Shown: piece by piece, positions 1 through 9,555 of the stretch
How positions within the stretch are numbered: the first letter of the stretch is position 1
Layout: each line of letters begins with the position of its first letter
Assembly: GCA_963766885.1 (NCBI GenBank)
Contig: CAVYBO010000002.1
Span: 464,606-528,605, forward strand
Direction: 5' to 3'
DNA length: 64,000 nt
From: an uncultured bacterium
Lineage (GTDB): Bacteria; Patescibacteriota; Minisyncoccia; Phycocordibacterales; CAIRYW01
Position numbers and translations under genes: made by a program
Notes under the pieces: model-generated
The model's database searches: none
The model's input: the letters and a program-made list of their open reading frames with translations, nothing else
Told to the model about the DNA's origin: nothing

Positions 1-350
1 ATCCCCCCCAAAACATCGCAAATCAAATCTCCAACCGTGTCTGAAATGTAAATCGGGCTTGATAAATAAGATATACCATATTTTACCTCAAAAACCTCCC
101 AAGCTGCCCCTATCAAAAGCGAGAAAATAATTGCGTACAAAAATCTAACCCTCACTCCAAAAACCGATAAAAAATAAAACAGCAAAAGCGCAGCGGCAAA
201 ACCGCCAACCGTATGAGAAACAACATCAAGCCAATTGGTTATCCAATAGATTTCGTATTTGGACGCAAAAAAGTTGACACCAAAGAGAATTACAAAAAAG
301 AAGGCGCTTGTAAAAAGAAAAAATTTTCGCTGCTGGTTTCTTTCGGGCAT
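1..350 (-). CDS. Integral membrane protein, VanZ/DUF2238-like (partial, runs off the window)
   Basis: Manual translation from ATG at 350: MPERNQQRKFFLF...WLDVVSHTVGG...GAAWEVFE...YISDTVGDLICDVLGG; hydrophobic segments with HxxxG/WE/DTxxDL motifs; not in the ORF track. Confidence 0.6.
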   Translation of the reverse strand, partial: MPERNQQRKFFLFTSAFFFVILFGVNFFASKYEIYWITNWLDVVSHTVGGFAAALLLFYFLSVFGVRVRFLYAIIFSLLIGAAWEVFEVKYGISYLSSPIYISDTVGDLICDVLGG

Positions 351-409
351 TAAAATATTATAACCTTAAATATAAAATAGATATAAAAAACATCCCTAAA
401 ATAGAGATG

Positions 410-547
410 CTTTCTGGGTCCGGGGGGCCAGTTGCGCCTAACTTTGATGTTAGGTGGGAAATTCGACAGGATTCGCCAAGGCGTCCTAGAACGAAGTGCT
501 CCCTGATTTATTACAAACTTAAGGCAACTTGGCTCCCGCACCTGAAT
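410..547 (-). ncRNA. Putative 6S RNA (SsrS)-like structured RNA
   Basis: GC-rich intergenic rod: terminal stem (GCGGGAGCCAAGTTGC pairing imperfectly with GCAACTGGCCCCCCG), AU-rich central bubble, apical stem (GGGAG..TTCCC, AGGA..TCCT, CGCC-TT-GGCG), 3' CCCACCT motif with a small hairpin; TTGCGC-N16-CATAAT just upstream. Confidence 0.55.
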
Positions 548-782
548 TGATTATGAAGTATCTTTTTGCAAGCGCAACAAGAAAACGGGGATATCGTGTG
601 GACAAACGGTGGATAAAAAGTGAACACGCTAAAAAACTTTTTAGAATTGGCGTTTTCAACATCAGCAGACTTACCTATTGGACATTAGTCAATAGAAATT
701 CAAAAAAATTATAGCAAAAGTGGCAGAAAAACAAAAATTTGCTATACTAGCTTTTAATTACTTATTAAATTAAAGATTAATT

Positions 783-1286
783 ATGGAAAAAACACTTGTA
801 ATATTTAAGCCAGATACAGTTCAGAGAGGTATTGTTGGAGAAATTCTATCTCGTTTTGAAAAAGTTGGCCTTAAAATCGTTGGGGTCAAAATGATTCACC
901 CCTCTTATGATCACTATTATCATCATTATGAAAATATCGGTAAGATGATTTCTCGCCGCGGGCAAAAAGCTTTTGACGTCACTCTTGCGATGATGAATGC
1001 TGGGCCTGTGATTGCAATGGTTCTAGAAGGCATTGAAGCCGCTTCGCTTGTGCGCAAGATGGTGGGCGCAACGGAGCCAAAAACAGCTCTTCCTGGGACA
1101 ATCCGCGGAGACTACGCGCACATGAGCTTTGGTCACGCAGATAAAAATGACATCGGAATTCCAAATCTAATCCACGCTTCCGGAGATGCCGAAGAAGCCA
1201 AGCAAGAAATCGCACACTGGTTTAGCGATTCTGAATTATTTGACTATTCAACAGCACACGAAAAATTTACTCAAGCGAGAAAGTAA
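783..1286 (+). CDS. ndk: Nucleoside-diphosphate kinase
   Basis: EKTLVIFKPD, PGTIRGD and N-x-x-HASG catalytic His motif. Confidence 0.96.
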   Translation: MEKTLVIFKPDTVQRGIVGEILSRFEKVGLKIVGVKMIHPSYDHYYHHYENIGKMISRRGQKAFDVTLAMMNAGPVIAMVLEGIEAASLVRKMVGATEPKTALPGTIRGDYAHMSFGHADKNDIGIPNLIHASGDAEEAKQEIAHWFSDSELFDYSTAHEKFTQARK

Positions 1287-1292
1287 TTTTTG

Positions 1293-1550
1293 CTATTCGT
1301 AGATATCGTGGTCTCCGATTGAGTAGAATCTCACATTATTTTCGTCTAAAAATTCAAATATAATCCTATACTTGTAATTTATCGAAAAAGCCCAGAATAT
1401 TTTCATTCTTCCGTTAAGCTTGTGAGTCTTTAACCCTGGATCAAATGGATTGTGAGAAAATATTTCCGTTTTCTTATTGGCAATATTTTGAATACCTTTT
1501 TCCAGCTTTCTATACTCTCGCTTAAATCTTGGGGAAAATAAAATTTTCAT
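1293..1550 (-). CDS. Type II TA toxin, RelE/YafQ-family mRNA interferase
   Basis: 85 aa basic protein, FSPRFKREYRKL...LKTHKLNG...AFSINYKYRIIF...IGDHDIY. Confidence 0.85.
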   Translation of the reverse strand: MKILFSPRFKREYRKLEKGIQNIANKKTEIFSHNPFDPGLKTHKLNGRMKIFWAFSINYKYRIIFEFLDENNVRFYSIGDHDIYE

Positions 1551-1572
1551 ATCCGATCTTATTTTTTATTAA

Positions 1573-1779
1573 TTATCTCAAATCCTTTAAAGATTTAAGC
1601 GTCTTCCATTTTGCGTTCTTTCTGTCATATTCAAGCTCACGAGCGAGTTTTTCTGTATTATAGAGCCGAATAATGTGACGCATGAATTCGCTAGTAGAAG
1701 CAAAATTCCCTTCTTTTACTTTTTTCTTAATTTCCTTTGCCATCTCTGCAGGAAGCGATATGTTTATTATGTTTCTCAT
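1573..1779 (-). CDS. Type II TA antitoxin, ribbon-helix-helix (CopG/ParD-like)
   Basis: IINISLP...GNFASTSEFMR RHH signature; directly upstream of the toxin. Confidence 0.8.
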   Translation of the reverse strand: MRNIINISLPAEMAKEIKKKVKEGNFASTSEFMRHIIRLYNTEKLARELEYDRKNAKWKTLKSLKDLR

Positions 1780-1842
1780 ATATTTATATAAACGTTATGT
1801 AATAAATTGTATTACACATTATTACACTATCAAAAATCAAAG

Positions 1843-2430
1843 TCAAGTTATATTATTTATGATCTGCCTTGCCTCTAGAGCACTAGAAAATAAATAAGAA
1901 CATATCCCTATACTTGAAGCAACATTTACATTTTTTTCTTGGTCGTCAAAATATATACACTCTTCTGGTAAGAGATTATATTCTGCAAGAATAAACTCCC
2001 ATGCTCTAACATCTGGCTTTACAAATCCAGTTTGCCAAGAAAAATAAGCTTTATCAACAGTATCATGCATCCATTTGTAATGATTGTAATAATCTGCTCT
2101 TTCCTTGAAATTATTGGATAGTATAAAAACCTTGAGTCCTTTTTGTTTTAATTCCTTAGACAGGTTTATCACATCAGCATCTGGCTCTTCCGCTTTAAAC
2201 CAGTAATCCCAAAATCCTTTTTCACTCAAATTGACATTCCATTTATCTAACGCTTTTTTCCAATAGGAAAAAGTACCCTCTGCCCCTGGTTTTCTGACCT
2301 CATTCATAATAGTGGAAAGAGTTGGTAGAAAATCAGAAACGGGAACATTAAAATCTTTTGAAAATCTGTCACTTAATTTTGCACTTTTGATAAAAATGCC
2401 GTTTAAATCAAAAATAATTGCTTTGATCAT
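1843..2430 (-). CDS. HAD-superfamily hydrolase/phosphatase
   Basis: IIFDLNG motif I, LSN motif II, KPD motif III, FDD motif IV. Confidence 0.88.
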   Translation of the reverse strand: MIKAIIFDLNGIFIKSAKLSDRFSKDFNVPVSDFLPTLSTIMNEVRKPGAEGTFSYWKKALDKWNVNLSEKGFWDYWFKAEEPDADVINLSKELKQKGLKVFILSNNFKERADYYNHYKWMHDTVDKAYFSWQTGFVKPDVRAWEFILAEYNLLPEECIYFDDQEKNVNVASSIGICSYLFSSALEARQIINNIT

Positions 2431-2435
2431 CTTGT

Positions 2436-5210
2436 TTAACCTTTTATCTCCGCAAAAGGATTTGGTTGCGCTGGTGCGGGCTTTGCGGTTTGATATTTTT
2501 TCATAATTTCTGCTTCTACTTCTTTGCGATCTTTGCCATAAGTCAAATACGAAAGTTCTTTGAGCTTTTCTGTACGGGCTATATCGCCTTTTATAAACGG
2601 CAGAGTTTCAATGCTAAACGGCCTGATAGGCTTGCCGTTTGATAGAAGTTTGAGATACGCATTTCTGTTATCGAGATTTACCAAATCAAACTGCTCAAAA
2701 ACCGGCTCAAACTGTTTTTCCAAATATTCTGCGTCTTCTGCTCCCACACGAAATGCTCCAATTGAGCCAACGTTGCCGAAGACCGCGTCTTTGATGTCGT
2801 CTTCAAGCTGGGCGATGAATTGATGAGCGATTGTAAGAGAAAGATTATATTTTCTAGCCTCTGAGAGAATTTGCGAGATTGAATTGGTAGTGATATTTTG
2901 AAATTCATCAATGTAGAGATAAAAATTTGGCATACTTTTTCCAAAAGAATCCGCGCGGGAAAGAGCGGCCATCAGGATTTTTCCGACCAAAATCAGACCG
3001 ATAAGATTGGCATTGATGTCTCCTAATCTTCCTTTGGAAAGATTAACCAAAAGAATTTTCTTGCTGTCCATAATTTCCCTGAAATTCAAAACGGATTTTT
3101 CTTGGGCGATAATCGGGCGCATTATGTCGTTTGAAAGAAAAACATCAAACTTGCTTGTGATGTACGGCACAATGTTTTGAAGCGAAGCTTCCCCGCCTGC
3201 CTTAGCAGCAATTTCGCGCCAAAACTGGACCACTACTGGATTGGTACATTTGGAAAGTTTAAGCTCCCTAAAGGCCTTATCTGACAACACGCGCGAAACA
3301 TCCAGCAAGGTGTTGCCAGTATTCGGATCTTCCATCACCAAAAGTACGGAGTTTCTAAAATACTGTTCAAACATCGGACCTCCAGCTGTCTTCATATCAA
3401 ACAATTTATTGAAAATGCTAAGCAGCTCGTTAACCACAAAAGTTTTTTGCTCCGGATAATTTGGGTCATATTCGAGCATATTGAGAGCCATCGGACGCGC
3501 TGTAAATCCAGGATCAAAGTAAATTAAATCTTCAACACGCTCTTGAGGAATAATTGAAAGAATGTCCTGGATGTCGTTGCCATGCGGATCAATCATACAA
3601 ACACCTTCGCCTCTCGCAATATCCTGCGCAATAATATTTTTAAGAAAAGTCGTCTTACCTGTACCTGTCTGGCCGATAACATACATATGGCGGAGCCTGT
3701 CTTCATCTGACATATAAATATGTGTTTGGGTATTTCTGTCGTTATTAACTCCAATAACAACACCATTTTCTGCCAAGCCAACTGGCGCCGGAGCGGTTCT
3801 GGAACGAGCAGATTTGAGATTTGGCGAAATCAAATGCTCTTGAGGAAAATGGATTATTGATGTTAGTTCAGAAACAGACAGAGGCATGCTTGTTGCTTTA
3901 TTAAACATTCTCCAAGAAAAATCTCTGGCAGTGGCCGCAAATTTTTTGTCTGGTAACTGATGCCAGATAAGAGCTGTGCCGAAAGTGTTTTCAAACTGGC
4001 TGAACGAAGAAACAATTGATGCAAGAATTTCTTCGGCTTTGCTTCTGTTTTCAGCAGATGCAATCACCCGCATATTGACATGCATTATAGGCGAGCTGAC
4101 TTTGGTTTTGATTTCTTCAATGGCAATTTCATTATTTTCTTGATTCTTTTCTCCTGGATTATTTTGAATCGAAGCTTTAGCCTCACCTTTGGCAAGTTCT
4201 TTGATAGTTTTGGAAAATTCTCCGAGGATACTATGACGGACATCAATGGCTCTTTTCAGTGGTGTGCCGTTTTGAATGGCCTGCAAAGCTTGTTTGTAAC
4301 GGCCAATATAACCTTCACTGTCGCGCTCAATTACAAACTGGAGCGCCGCACCCTCACCATCACGATTAATTTTTGAAAAAGAATTTAAGACAACATTTAT
4401 AGGGTCAAAATCAAACTTGTCGTAAGTTTTCAGAGAAAAAATCGGGTTGCCGACAAGGTGTGCTTCGGCTGCAACTGAAATTCCGGAATAATTAAAAATA
4501 TTATAGTCGTCCTTTTTCTCATAAATTTTGGCTTTAGGAAAAACAGCCAGAAGCTGTCTTTCAAAAAGGCTTTTTTTAGCATCTGGAACAGAAATATAAA
4601 AGACCGTCTCGGCAGAACCTTCAGCATTAGCCAACTCCAAAGTTATCGGCTGATTTTCTCCTGCAGGTAAAACACCTTCGTACCACTGCTCCATTGAAGA
4701 AATTATTTCTTTGAGAGGCTTTTCCTTTTCATCAAAGCTATCAGGAAACGAAACTTCAAAAAGTGTAAATTTAAGAGACGAAACTATTTTTTCCTTTTTG
4801 TCTTTTTCATCCAAAAAGCCAGCCTTGAAAAACTGTACCAAAAATCTATGGAAATCATCTTCAAGGTGCGGATTACCAATCATAGCAACCACCGAAAGCG
4901 CATTTTTTAGTCCACGCTCAGAGAGAATTCCAAGAAGCTCTTCCATCTTTGTATCGTGACTTTCTGGACTGAGCTCCAAAGCAATCCCCTTGGCCTCAGG
5001 ATGAATCATCTTATATCCCTTTTCCAAAACTTCATCAGGATTTTGCTTGGCGTATTTTCTGACTTCTTCCCGAATCAGGCTTTCTTTATCAATTTTTTCG
5101 AAAGACCCTGAAAGTTCTTTTTCGCGAATAGCAACTTGCTCTTTGAGATATTTAATCTCATCTTCAGGCGAAGAAAATTTTTGGGCTTCATTAAGTACAG
5201 GTTTTTCCAT
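2436..5210 (-). CDS. VirB4/TraD-TrwB/HerA-like ATPase (T4SS coupling-protein-like, common in CPR)
   Basis: RHMYVIGQTGTGKT Walker A, IDPHG, LYIDEFQ Walker B, SEARKY, AHQ motif. Confidence 0.85.
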   Translation of the reverse strand: MEKPVLNEAQKFSSPEDEIKYLKEQVAIREKELSGSFEKIDKESLIREEVRKYAKQNPDEVLEKGYKMIHPEAKGIALELSPESHDTKMEELLGILSERGLKNALSVVAMIGNPHLEDDFHRFLVQFFKAGFLDEKDKKEKIVSSLKFTLFEVSFPDSFDEKEKPLKEIISSMEQWYEGVLPAGENQPITLELANAEGSAETVFYISVPDAKKSLFERQLLAVFPKAKIYEKKDDYNIFNYSGISVAAEAHLVGNPIFSLKTYDKFDFDPINVVLNSFSKINRDGEGAALQFVIERDSEGYIGRYKQALQAIQNGTPLKRAIDVRHSILGEFSKTIKELAKGEAKASIQNNPGEKNQENNEIAIEEIKTKVSSPIMHVNMRVIASAENRSKAEEILASIVSSFSQFENTFGTALIWHQLPDKKFAATARDFSWRMFNKATSMPLSVSELTSIIHFPQEHLISPNLKSARSRTAPAPVGLAENGVVIGVNNDRNTQTHIYMSDEDRLRHMYVIGQTGTGKTTFLKNIIAQDIARGEGVCMIDPHGNDIQDILSIIPQERVEDLIYFDPGFTARPMALNMLEYDPNYPEQKTFVVNELLSIFNKLFDMKTAGGPMFEQYFRNSVLLVMEDPNTGNTLLDVSRVLSDKAFRELKLSKCTNPVVVQFWREIAAKAGGEASLQNIVPYITSKFDVFLSNDIMRPIIAQEKSVLNFREIMDSKKILLVNLSKGRLGDINANLIGLILVGKILMAALSRADSFGKSMPNFYLYIDEFQNITTNSISQILSEARKYNLSLTIAHQFIAQLEDDIKDAVFGNVGSIGAFRVGAEDAEYLEKQFEPVFEQFDLVNLDNRNAYLKLLSNGKPIRPFSIETLPFIKGDIARTEKLKELSYLTYGKDRKEVEAEIMKKYQTAKPAPAQPNPFAEIKG

Positions 5211-5257
5211 TGCTATTTAATTATAGCAAAGTCAGAATTATTTAGGGTATTAAAAAA

Positions 5258-6034
5258 TTATTGTGTCAAAATCTCAGCCCCTTTTTTAGTTACCAAAACA
5301 GTGTGCTCAAAATGCGCCGCGCGACCTCCGTCTAGAGTTACGTAAGTGTGCCCATCATCCATTAGCTTTATATCGCCCTTTTCCTCAACAATCATCGGTT
5401 CAATAGCCAAAACCATTCCTTCTTCTATTTTTTGAGTCTTGTATTTTACTTTATGATTTGGAATGTATGGCTCTTCATGAAGATGTCTGCCAAGCGCGTG
5501 GCCGCCAAGATCCTTGGCCGGATTGAAGCCTCTTTTCTTGGCGATTTTTTCTATTACAGCTCCTATATCTCCAACTGTTTTGCCCACAACTGCCGATTTG
5601 ATGGCAAACGCTAGCGCTTCTCTTGTGGCATCCAAAAGTTTTTTGGCATTTTTGTCTCCAGCTCCCGCAATAACCGTTGTCGCCGAATCAGTAAAAAATC
5701 CTCGGTAGGAAATAGTGCAGTCAATTGTAACCACATCGCCGTCTTTGATTTCTTTTGATCCCTCGTTTGGAATGCCGTGGACGATTTCATCATTTATAGA
5801 AATACAGATTGAAGCAGGATATGGCCTTGGCGCGCCCTCCGGAGTGTAATTCAAAGATCCAGACTTAGCCCCGGCTTCTATGATAAGCTTTTTGGCTTTT
5901 TCATTTATATACCACGTTGTTACTCCGGGTTTTACTTCTTTTTCCAAAGCGCGCAAAATAGCAGCAAGTTTTTTACCGCATTCTTTTAGAATTTTTATTT
6001 CAGCCGCGCTATAAGAAACAATCATATTTTGCAC
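5258..6034 (-). CDS. map: Methionine aminopeptidase type I
   Basis: CISINDEIVHGIP, DSATT, GHALG..LHEEP, AIEPM, AAHFEHT. Confidence 0.96.
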   Translation of the reverse strand: MQNMIVSYSAAEIKILKECGKKLAAILRALEKEVKPGVTTWYINEKAKKLIIEAGAKSGSLNYTPEGAPRPYPASICISINDEIVHGIPNEGSKEIKDGDVVTIDCTISYRGFFTDSATTVIAGAGDKNAKKLLDATREALAFAIKSAVVGKTVGDIGAVIEKIAKKRGFNPAKDLGGHALGRHLHEEPYIPNHKVKYKTQKIEEGMVLAIEPMIVEEKGDIKLMDDGHTYVTLDGGRAAHFEHTVLVTKKGAEILTQ

Positions 6035-6637
6035 TTAAATTGAAAGAGATTTTATAATTTCTTGATGGACTTTTTCTATCGCTTGCTCGCCGTTTATTTC
6101 AACAAAATTTATATCTTTTCTTGGCTTGTAGAATTCAATCACCGGCTTTAAGTCTTTCTCGAACTCCCCCATTCTTTTTTCAATTCCGTTTCTTGAATCA
6201 TCAAGCCTGCCTTGGACTTCTGCGCGTTTCAAAAGCTTGTCTGTTGCCCATTCTTTGCTGACATTAATGTAAATAAAGTTCGGTTTTTCAAATCCATAAA
6301 AATCATAGAGGGTGTCAAAAATAATCGCCTCGGGTATTTTGCGCGGAGAGCCGTCGGTAATCATATGCATGTCCTCTTTGTAATTTTTGACCATAGCAAT
6401 ACTCCAGCACATAACAGCCAAGTATGACGGCGCAAAGTTGCCGCCGTCAATTACTGATTTTAATTTCTTTGATGTGTATTCTTCGCCGCTAATTAACTTT
6501 CTAAATTCATCGCCAGTTGAAACATAAAAAATTCCTTCTTGCGGATCGTTCTTTTTTAAATATTCAGTAAGTAAAGCAACTTGCGTGCCTTTGCCGCAGC
6601 CGCTTCTTCCCAGAAATACAAAAAGTTGTGGTTTCAT
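6035..6637 (-). CDS. adk: Adenylate kinase family (short LID)
   Basis: GRSGCGKGTQ P-loop, STGD, DGSPR; canonical position secY-adk-map. Confidence 0.9.
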   Translation of the reverse strand: MKPQLFVFLGRSGCGKGTQVALLTEYLKKNDPQEGIFYVSTGDEFRKLISGEEYTSKKLKSVIDGGNFAPSYLAVMCWSIAMVKNYKEDMHMITDGSPRKIPEAIIFDTLYDFYGFEKPNFIYINVSKEWATDKLLKRAEVQGRLDDSRNGIEKRMGEFEKDLKPVIEFYKPRKDINFVEINGEQAIEKVHQEIIKSLSI

Positions 6638-6669
6638 AGTTCTTTATTTTAATATAAATTCGTAAGCGA

Positions 6670-6768
6670 GGATAGTTCTCGAAAAAGAGGCTCTCGGAGC
6701 GCGACTGGCGCGAGAGCGAGGAAGTTTTTTAGCAAGAAAAACTTCCGTACTCTTTGAGAGAACTATCC
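6670..6768. repeat. Palindromic three-way-junction element (REP/MITE-like) between secY and adk
   Basis: Outer inverted repeat GGATAGTTCTC (6670-6680)/GAGAACTATCC (6758-6768) enclosing hairpins GCTCTCG..CGAGAGC and GGAAGTTTT..AAAACTTCC. Confidence 0.6.
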
Positions 6769-6774
6769 GAGCGA

Positions 6775-8046
6775 TTAATACTCCCTCATTGAGACCTGTG
6801 CGTCTACTTTTTTGACAAGGTCAATGATTACAGACACCACGATAAGAAGCGCGGTACCGCCAATTGCAATTGAAGTAATGCCGGTTATAGCTTTGACGAC
6901 AAGAGGCAAGACCGCCACAACTCCAAGAAAAAGTGCGCCGACAAGAGTGATTCTTGTGGTTACTTTGCTTAAATATTCTGCTGTGGACTGGCCTGGGCGC
7001 ACTCCCGGGATAAACGCTCCGCTCTTTTGCAAATTTTCTGAAATCATTTTTGGATCAAATGTAATTGCTGTGTAGAAATACGTGAAAAGAAATACAAAAA
7101 GGAAATACAAGATTCCATAAATCCAGTTGTTTGCAAGCCAGTTGAGCAATGTGTTTGCAATAGCTTGAATTACACCAGAACTAAGGCCTTTCATAAAGTT
7201 GAGAATTAATTGTGGGAATAAAAGAAGTGAAAGAGCAAAAATAATCGGAATCACTCCCGCTTGATTGAGTCGAAGCGGAAGATACGTTGAAACACCGCCA
7301 AACATCTTGTTGCCTCTAACGCGCTTGGCGTAAGTGACAGGAATCGGCCGTTCCGCTTCGGTGATAAATACCACAGCGTAAATAACAACTGCAGCCGTAG
7401 CAGCCAAAGCAATATAGAGTGGCAACTGTGTTTGATCAAAGGAAAGCAAAAGCTGTCCAATTGCAGTTGGAGCCCTGGCAATAATTCCAGCACAGATGAT
7501 CAATGACGTACCGTTTCCTATTCCAAATTCAGTAATAAGCTCTCCCATCCACATAAGCAAGCAAGAGCCTGTTGTGATAACAATAATGTTAATCGCAAAA
7601 TCAAAAGGCGTAAGACTGGTCAAAACGCCCTGTTTGCTTAAAAGCAAAAGAAATCCAAAAGCCTGCAGGGCTGAAAGCGGAACAGATATTAGGCGAGTGT
7701 ATTGGCTGAATTTCCTTCGGCCCGCTTCGCCTTCTTCTTGATAAATCGATTTGAGCTTTTCTGACATCATCGTCAAAAGCTGCATAATAATTGAAGCAGT
7801 GATAAAAGGACCTACTCCAAGCATCACGATTGAAAGATTAGAAAGCCCTCCGCCAGAAAACACGTTCAATAGGCCAAAAAATTGATTGTTTTGGAAAAAC
7901 AGTGCGAGCTGCGCCTTGTCGATTCCAGGAGTTGGAATAGCCGCCATAAATCTAAAAAGCGCCAAAACAACAAGAGTAAAAATAATCCTGAATCTTAAAT
8001 TCTTGTCTGAAAAAATGAGTTTGAATTTTTGAACAAAAGCATCCAT
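6775..8046 (-). CDS. secY: Preprotein translocase subunit SecY
   Basis: LGVGPFITASII, GIGNGTSL, AGVIPIIFA, FIPGVRPG, GGTALLIVV. Confidence 0.98.
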   Translation of the reverse strand: MDAFVQKFKLIFSDKNLRFRIIFTLVVLALFRFMAAIPTPGIDKAQLALFFQNNQFFGLLNVFSGGGLSNLSIVMLGVGPFITASIIMQLLTMMSEKLKSIYQEEGEAGRRKFSQYTRLISVPLSALQAFGFLLLLSKQGVLTSLTPFDFAINIIVITTGSCLLMWMGELITEFGIGNGTSLIICAGIIARAPTAIGQLLLSFDQTQLPLYIALAATAAVVIYAVVFITEAERPIPVTYAKRVRGNKMFGGVSTYLPLRLNQAGVIPIIFALSLLLFPQLILNFMKGLSSGVIQAIANTLLNWLANNWIYGILYFLFVFLFTYFYTAITFDPKMISENLQKSGAFIPGVRPGQSTAEYLSKVTTRITLVGALFLGVVAVLPLVVKAITGITSIAIGGTALLIVVSVIIDLVKKVDAQVSMREY

Positions 8047-8049
8047 GTT

Positions 8050-8499
8050 TTATAAAATGCTGCCGCCAGCTTTTTCTATAGCTTCCCGCGCAGTCTTGGA
8101 AACAGAAATTCCTTTGAATATAAGCTTTGCCGAAATTTTTTCTTTTGGCGCACTGAGTAGGACTTTGACTTGCTGAGGCTTGCCTTTGTAGACAGAAAGC
8201 AATCCCTTTTCGATGAGAGTTTTGTTGTTTATTTCCTCGCCGGCTGTAAATTTTTCTTCAATACTCTTGAGTTTCAAAACAACAGGCTTGGTCTGGATTG
8301 AAAGGAAAGAGTTTTTGCCACGGCCGCGAAGCTTTGGAATCTTTTTGATTATATCTCGCATTTCTGGGCGAAGCTTTCTGCCGGCGCGAGCTTTCTGGCC
8401 TTTTGTACCCTTTCCAGAAGTCTTACCACGTTTGCCTCCGCGTCCAATTTGCTTGGCGCGCTTTCTTTTGTTTATTCTTTTGACATTGTGTAACTGCAT
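8050..8499 (-). CDS. rplO: 50S ribosomal protein L15
   Basis: IGRGGKRGKTSGKGTKGQKAR; IEKAGG end. Confidence 0.95.
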   Translation of the reverse strand: MQLHNVKRINKRKRAKQIGRGGKRGKTSGKGTKGQKARAGRKLRPEMRDIIKKIPKLRGRGKNSFLSIQTKPVVLKLKSIEEKFTAGEEINNKTLIEKGLLSVYKGKPQQVKVLLSAPKEKISAKLIFKGISVSKTAREAIEKAGGSIL

Positions 8500-8517
8500 A
8501 TTTTTTCTATATTTTTA

Positions 8518-9162
8518 TTATGATTTCTGCTCTGCTCCTACCTTTCCTTTTCTAGGCTTCAGTATTGAAAGGGCTTTGATAGTTGCGCGGGCAATGTTTA
8601 ATTTGTTTTTTGAAGGCGAATGAATCTTTGCATTCACGTCTTTGATGCCCGAAAGCTCAATCACGTCTCTGGCAGCGCTTCCAGCAATAACACCTTTGCC
8701 TTTGGCAGGAGAAAGAGTAACTCTAGCGCTTTTGAATTTTGCCTCAACTGCAAATGGAAGGGACATATTTTTCATAAGAAATATCTGAACTGCGTTTTTC
8801 TTGGCTGCTCTGTATGCTTTGTCAATCGCAAGAGCGGTATCTCCGGCTTTGCCTGTGGCAACTCCAACAGATCCTTTTCTGTTTCCAACAACCAATACAA
8901 CAGAGAAACTGAATCTCCTTCCACCAGAACTAACTCTGGTAACACGCCGGATGTTGATCATTCTCTGATCGTATTCTGGCTTTACTCTTGGAGCTCTTGT
9001 TGTTTTTCTTGGAGTTCTGACATTTTTTCTTCGGCCGCCAAAACCTTCTTCTGATTTGACAACTTCTTCAACAGGAATAGCTGCCACTTCTTCTACAACC
9101 TCTGCAGGTGTATCCGCAACTTTTTCTTCTATTATTTCTTTTTCTTCTGTTACTTGTGACAT
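8518..9162 (-). CDS. rpsE: 30S ribosomal protein S5 (acidic N-terminal extension)
   Basis: IRRVTRVSSGGRRFSF, GVIAGSAAR. Confidence 0.96.
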   Translation of the reverse strand: MSQVTEEKEIIEEKVADTPAEVVEEVAAIPVEEVVKSEEGFGGRRKNVRTPRKTTRAPRVKPEYDQRMINIRRVTRVSSGGRRFSFSVVLVVGNRKGSVGVATGKAGDTALAIDKAYRAAKKNAVQIFLMKNMSLPFAVEAKFKSARVTLSPAKGKGVIAGSAARDVIELSGIKDVNAKIHSPSKNKLNIARATIKALSILKPRKGKVGAEQKS

Positions 9163-9171
9163 ATTTTTTAT

Positions 9172-9543
9172 TTAAAACTTCAATCCTCCTTCGCGAAGCG
9201 CATCTGCAAAAGCTTTGATTCTGCCAGTGTAAATGTACCCGCCTCTGTCAAAAACAACTGCTTTGATACCTTTTGAAATTGCTTCCTTGGCAAGCGCTAC
9301 TCCGGCTGCTTTGGCGCTGTCAGTTTTGCTATCTGATTTTTTTGCGCTCTTATTGCCTTTTGCCTCTGCGCTTGAAATCGAAGCAATTGTAACACCTTTT
9401 TGGTCATCAATAACCTGAGCATAAATAAATTTGTTTGATTTGAAAATAGAAACTCTTGGCATATCTTTAGTACCAGAAACCTTAGCTCGGATTCTCTTGC
9501 GCCTTACATCTCTTTTTATTGCTTTTTGATTTTGTTTAGCCAT
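9172..9543 (-). CDS. rplR: 50S ribosomal protein L18
   Basis: PRVSIFKSNK, VVFDRGGYIYTGRIKAFAD. Confidence 0.96.
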   Translation of the reverse strand: MAKQNQKAIKRDVRRKRIRAKVSGTKDMPRVSIFKSNKFIYAQVIDDQKGVTIASISSAEAKGNKSAKKSDSKTDSAKAAGVALAKEAISKGIKAVVFDRGGYIYTGRIKAFADALREGGLKF

Positions 9544-9555
9544 TGTATTTATTCC

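Noticed and set aside
2436-5210. VirB4/TraD-like ATPase as a conjugative element
   Set aside because: No relaxase, other T4SS genes or integrase nearby; stand-alone copies are common in CPR chromosomes
8500-8517. Missing rpmD (uL30) between rpsE and rplO as a novelty
   Set aside because: Real, but an established CPR trait; used only as taxonomic evidence
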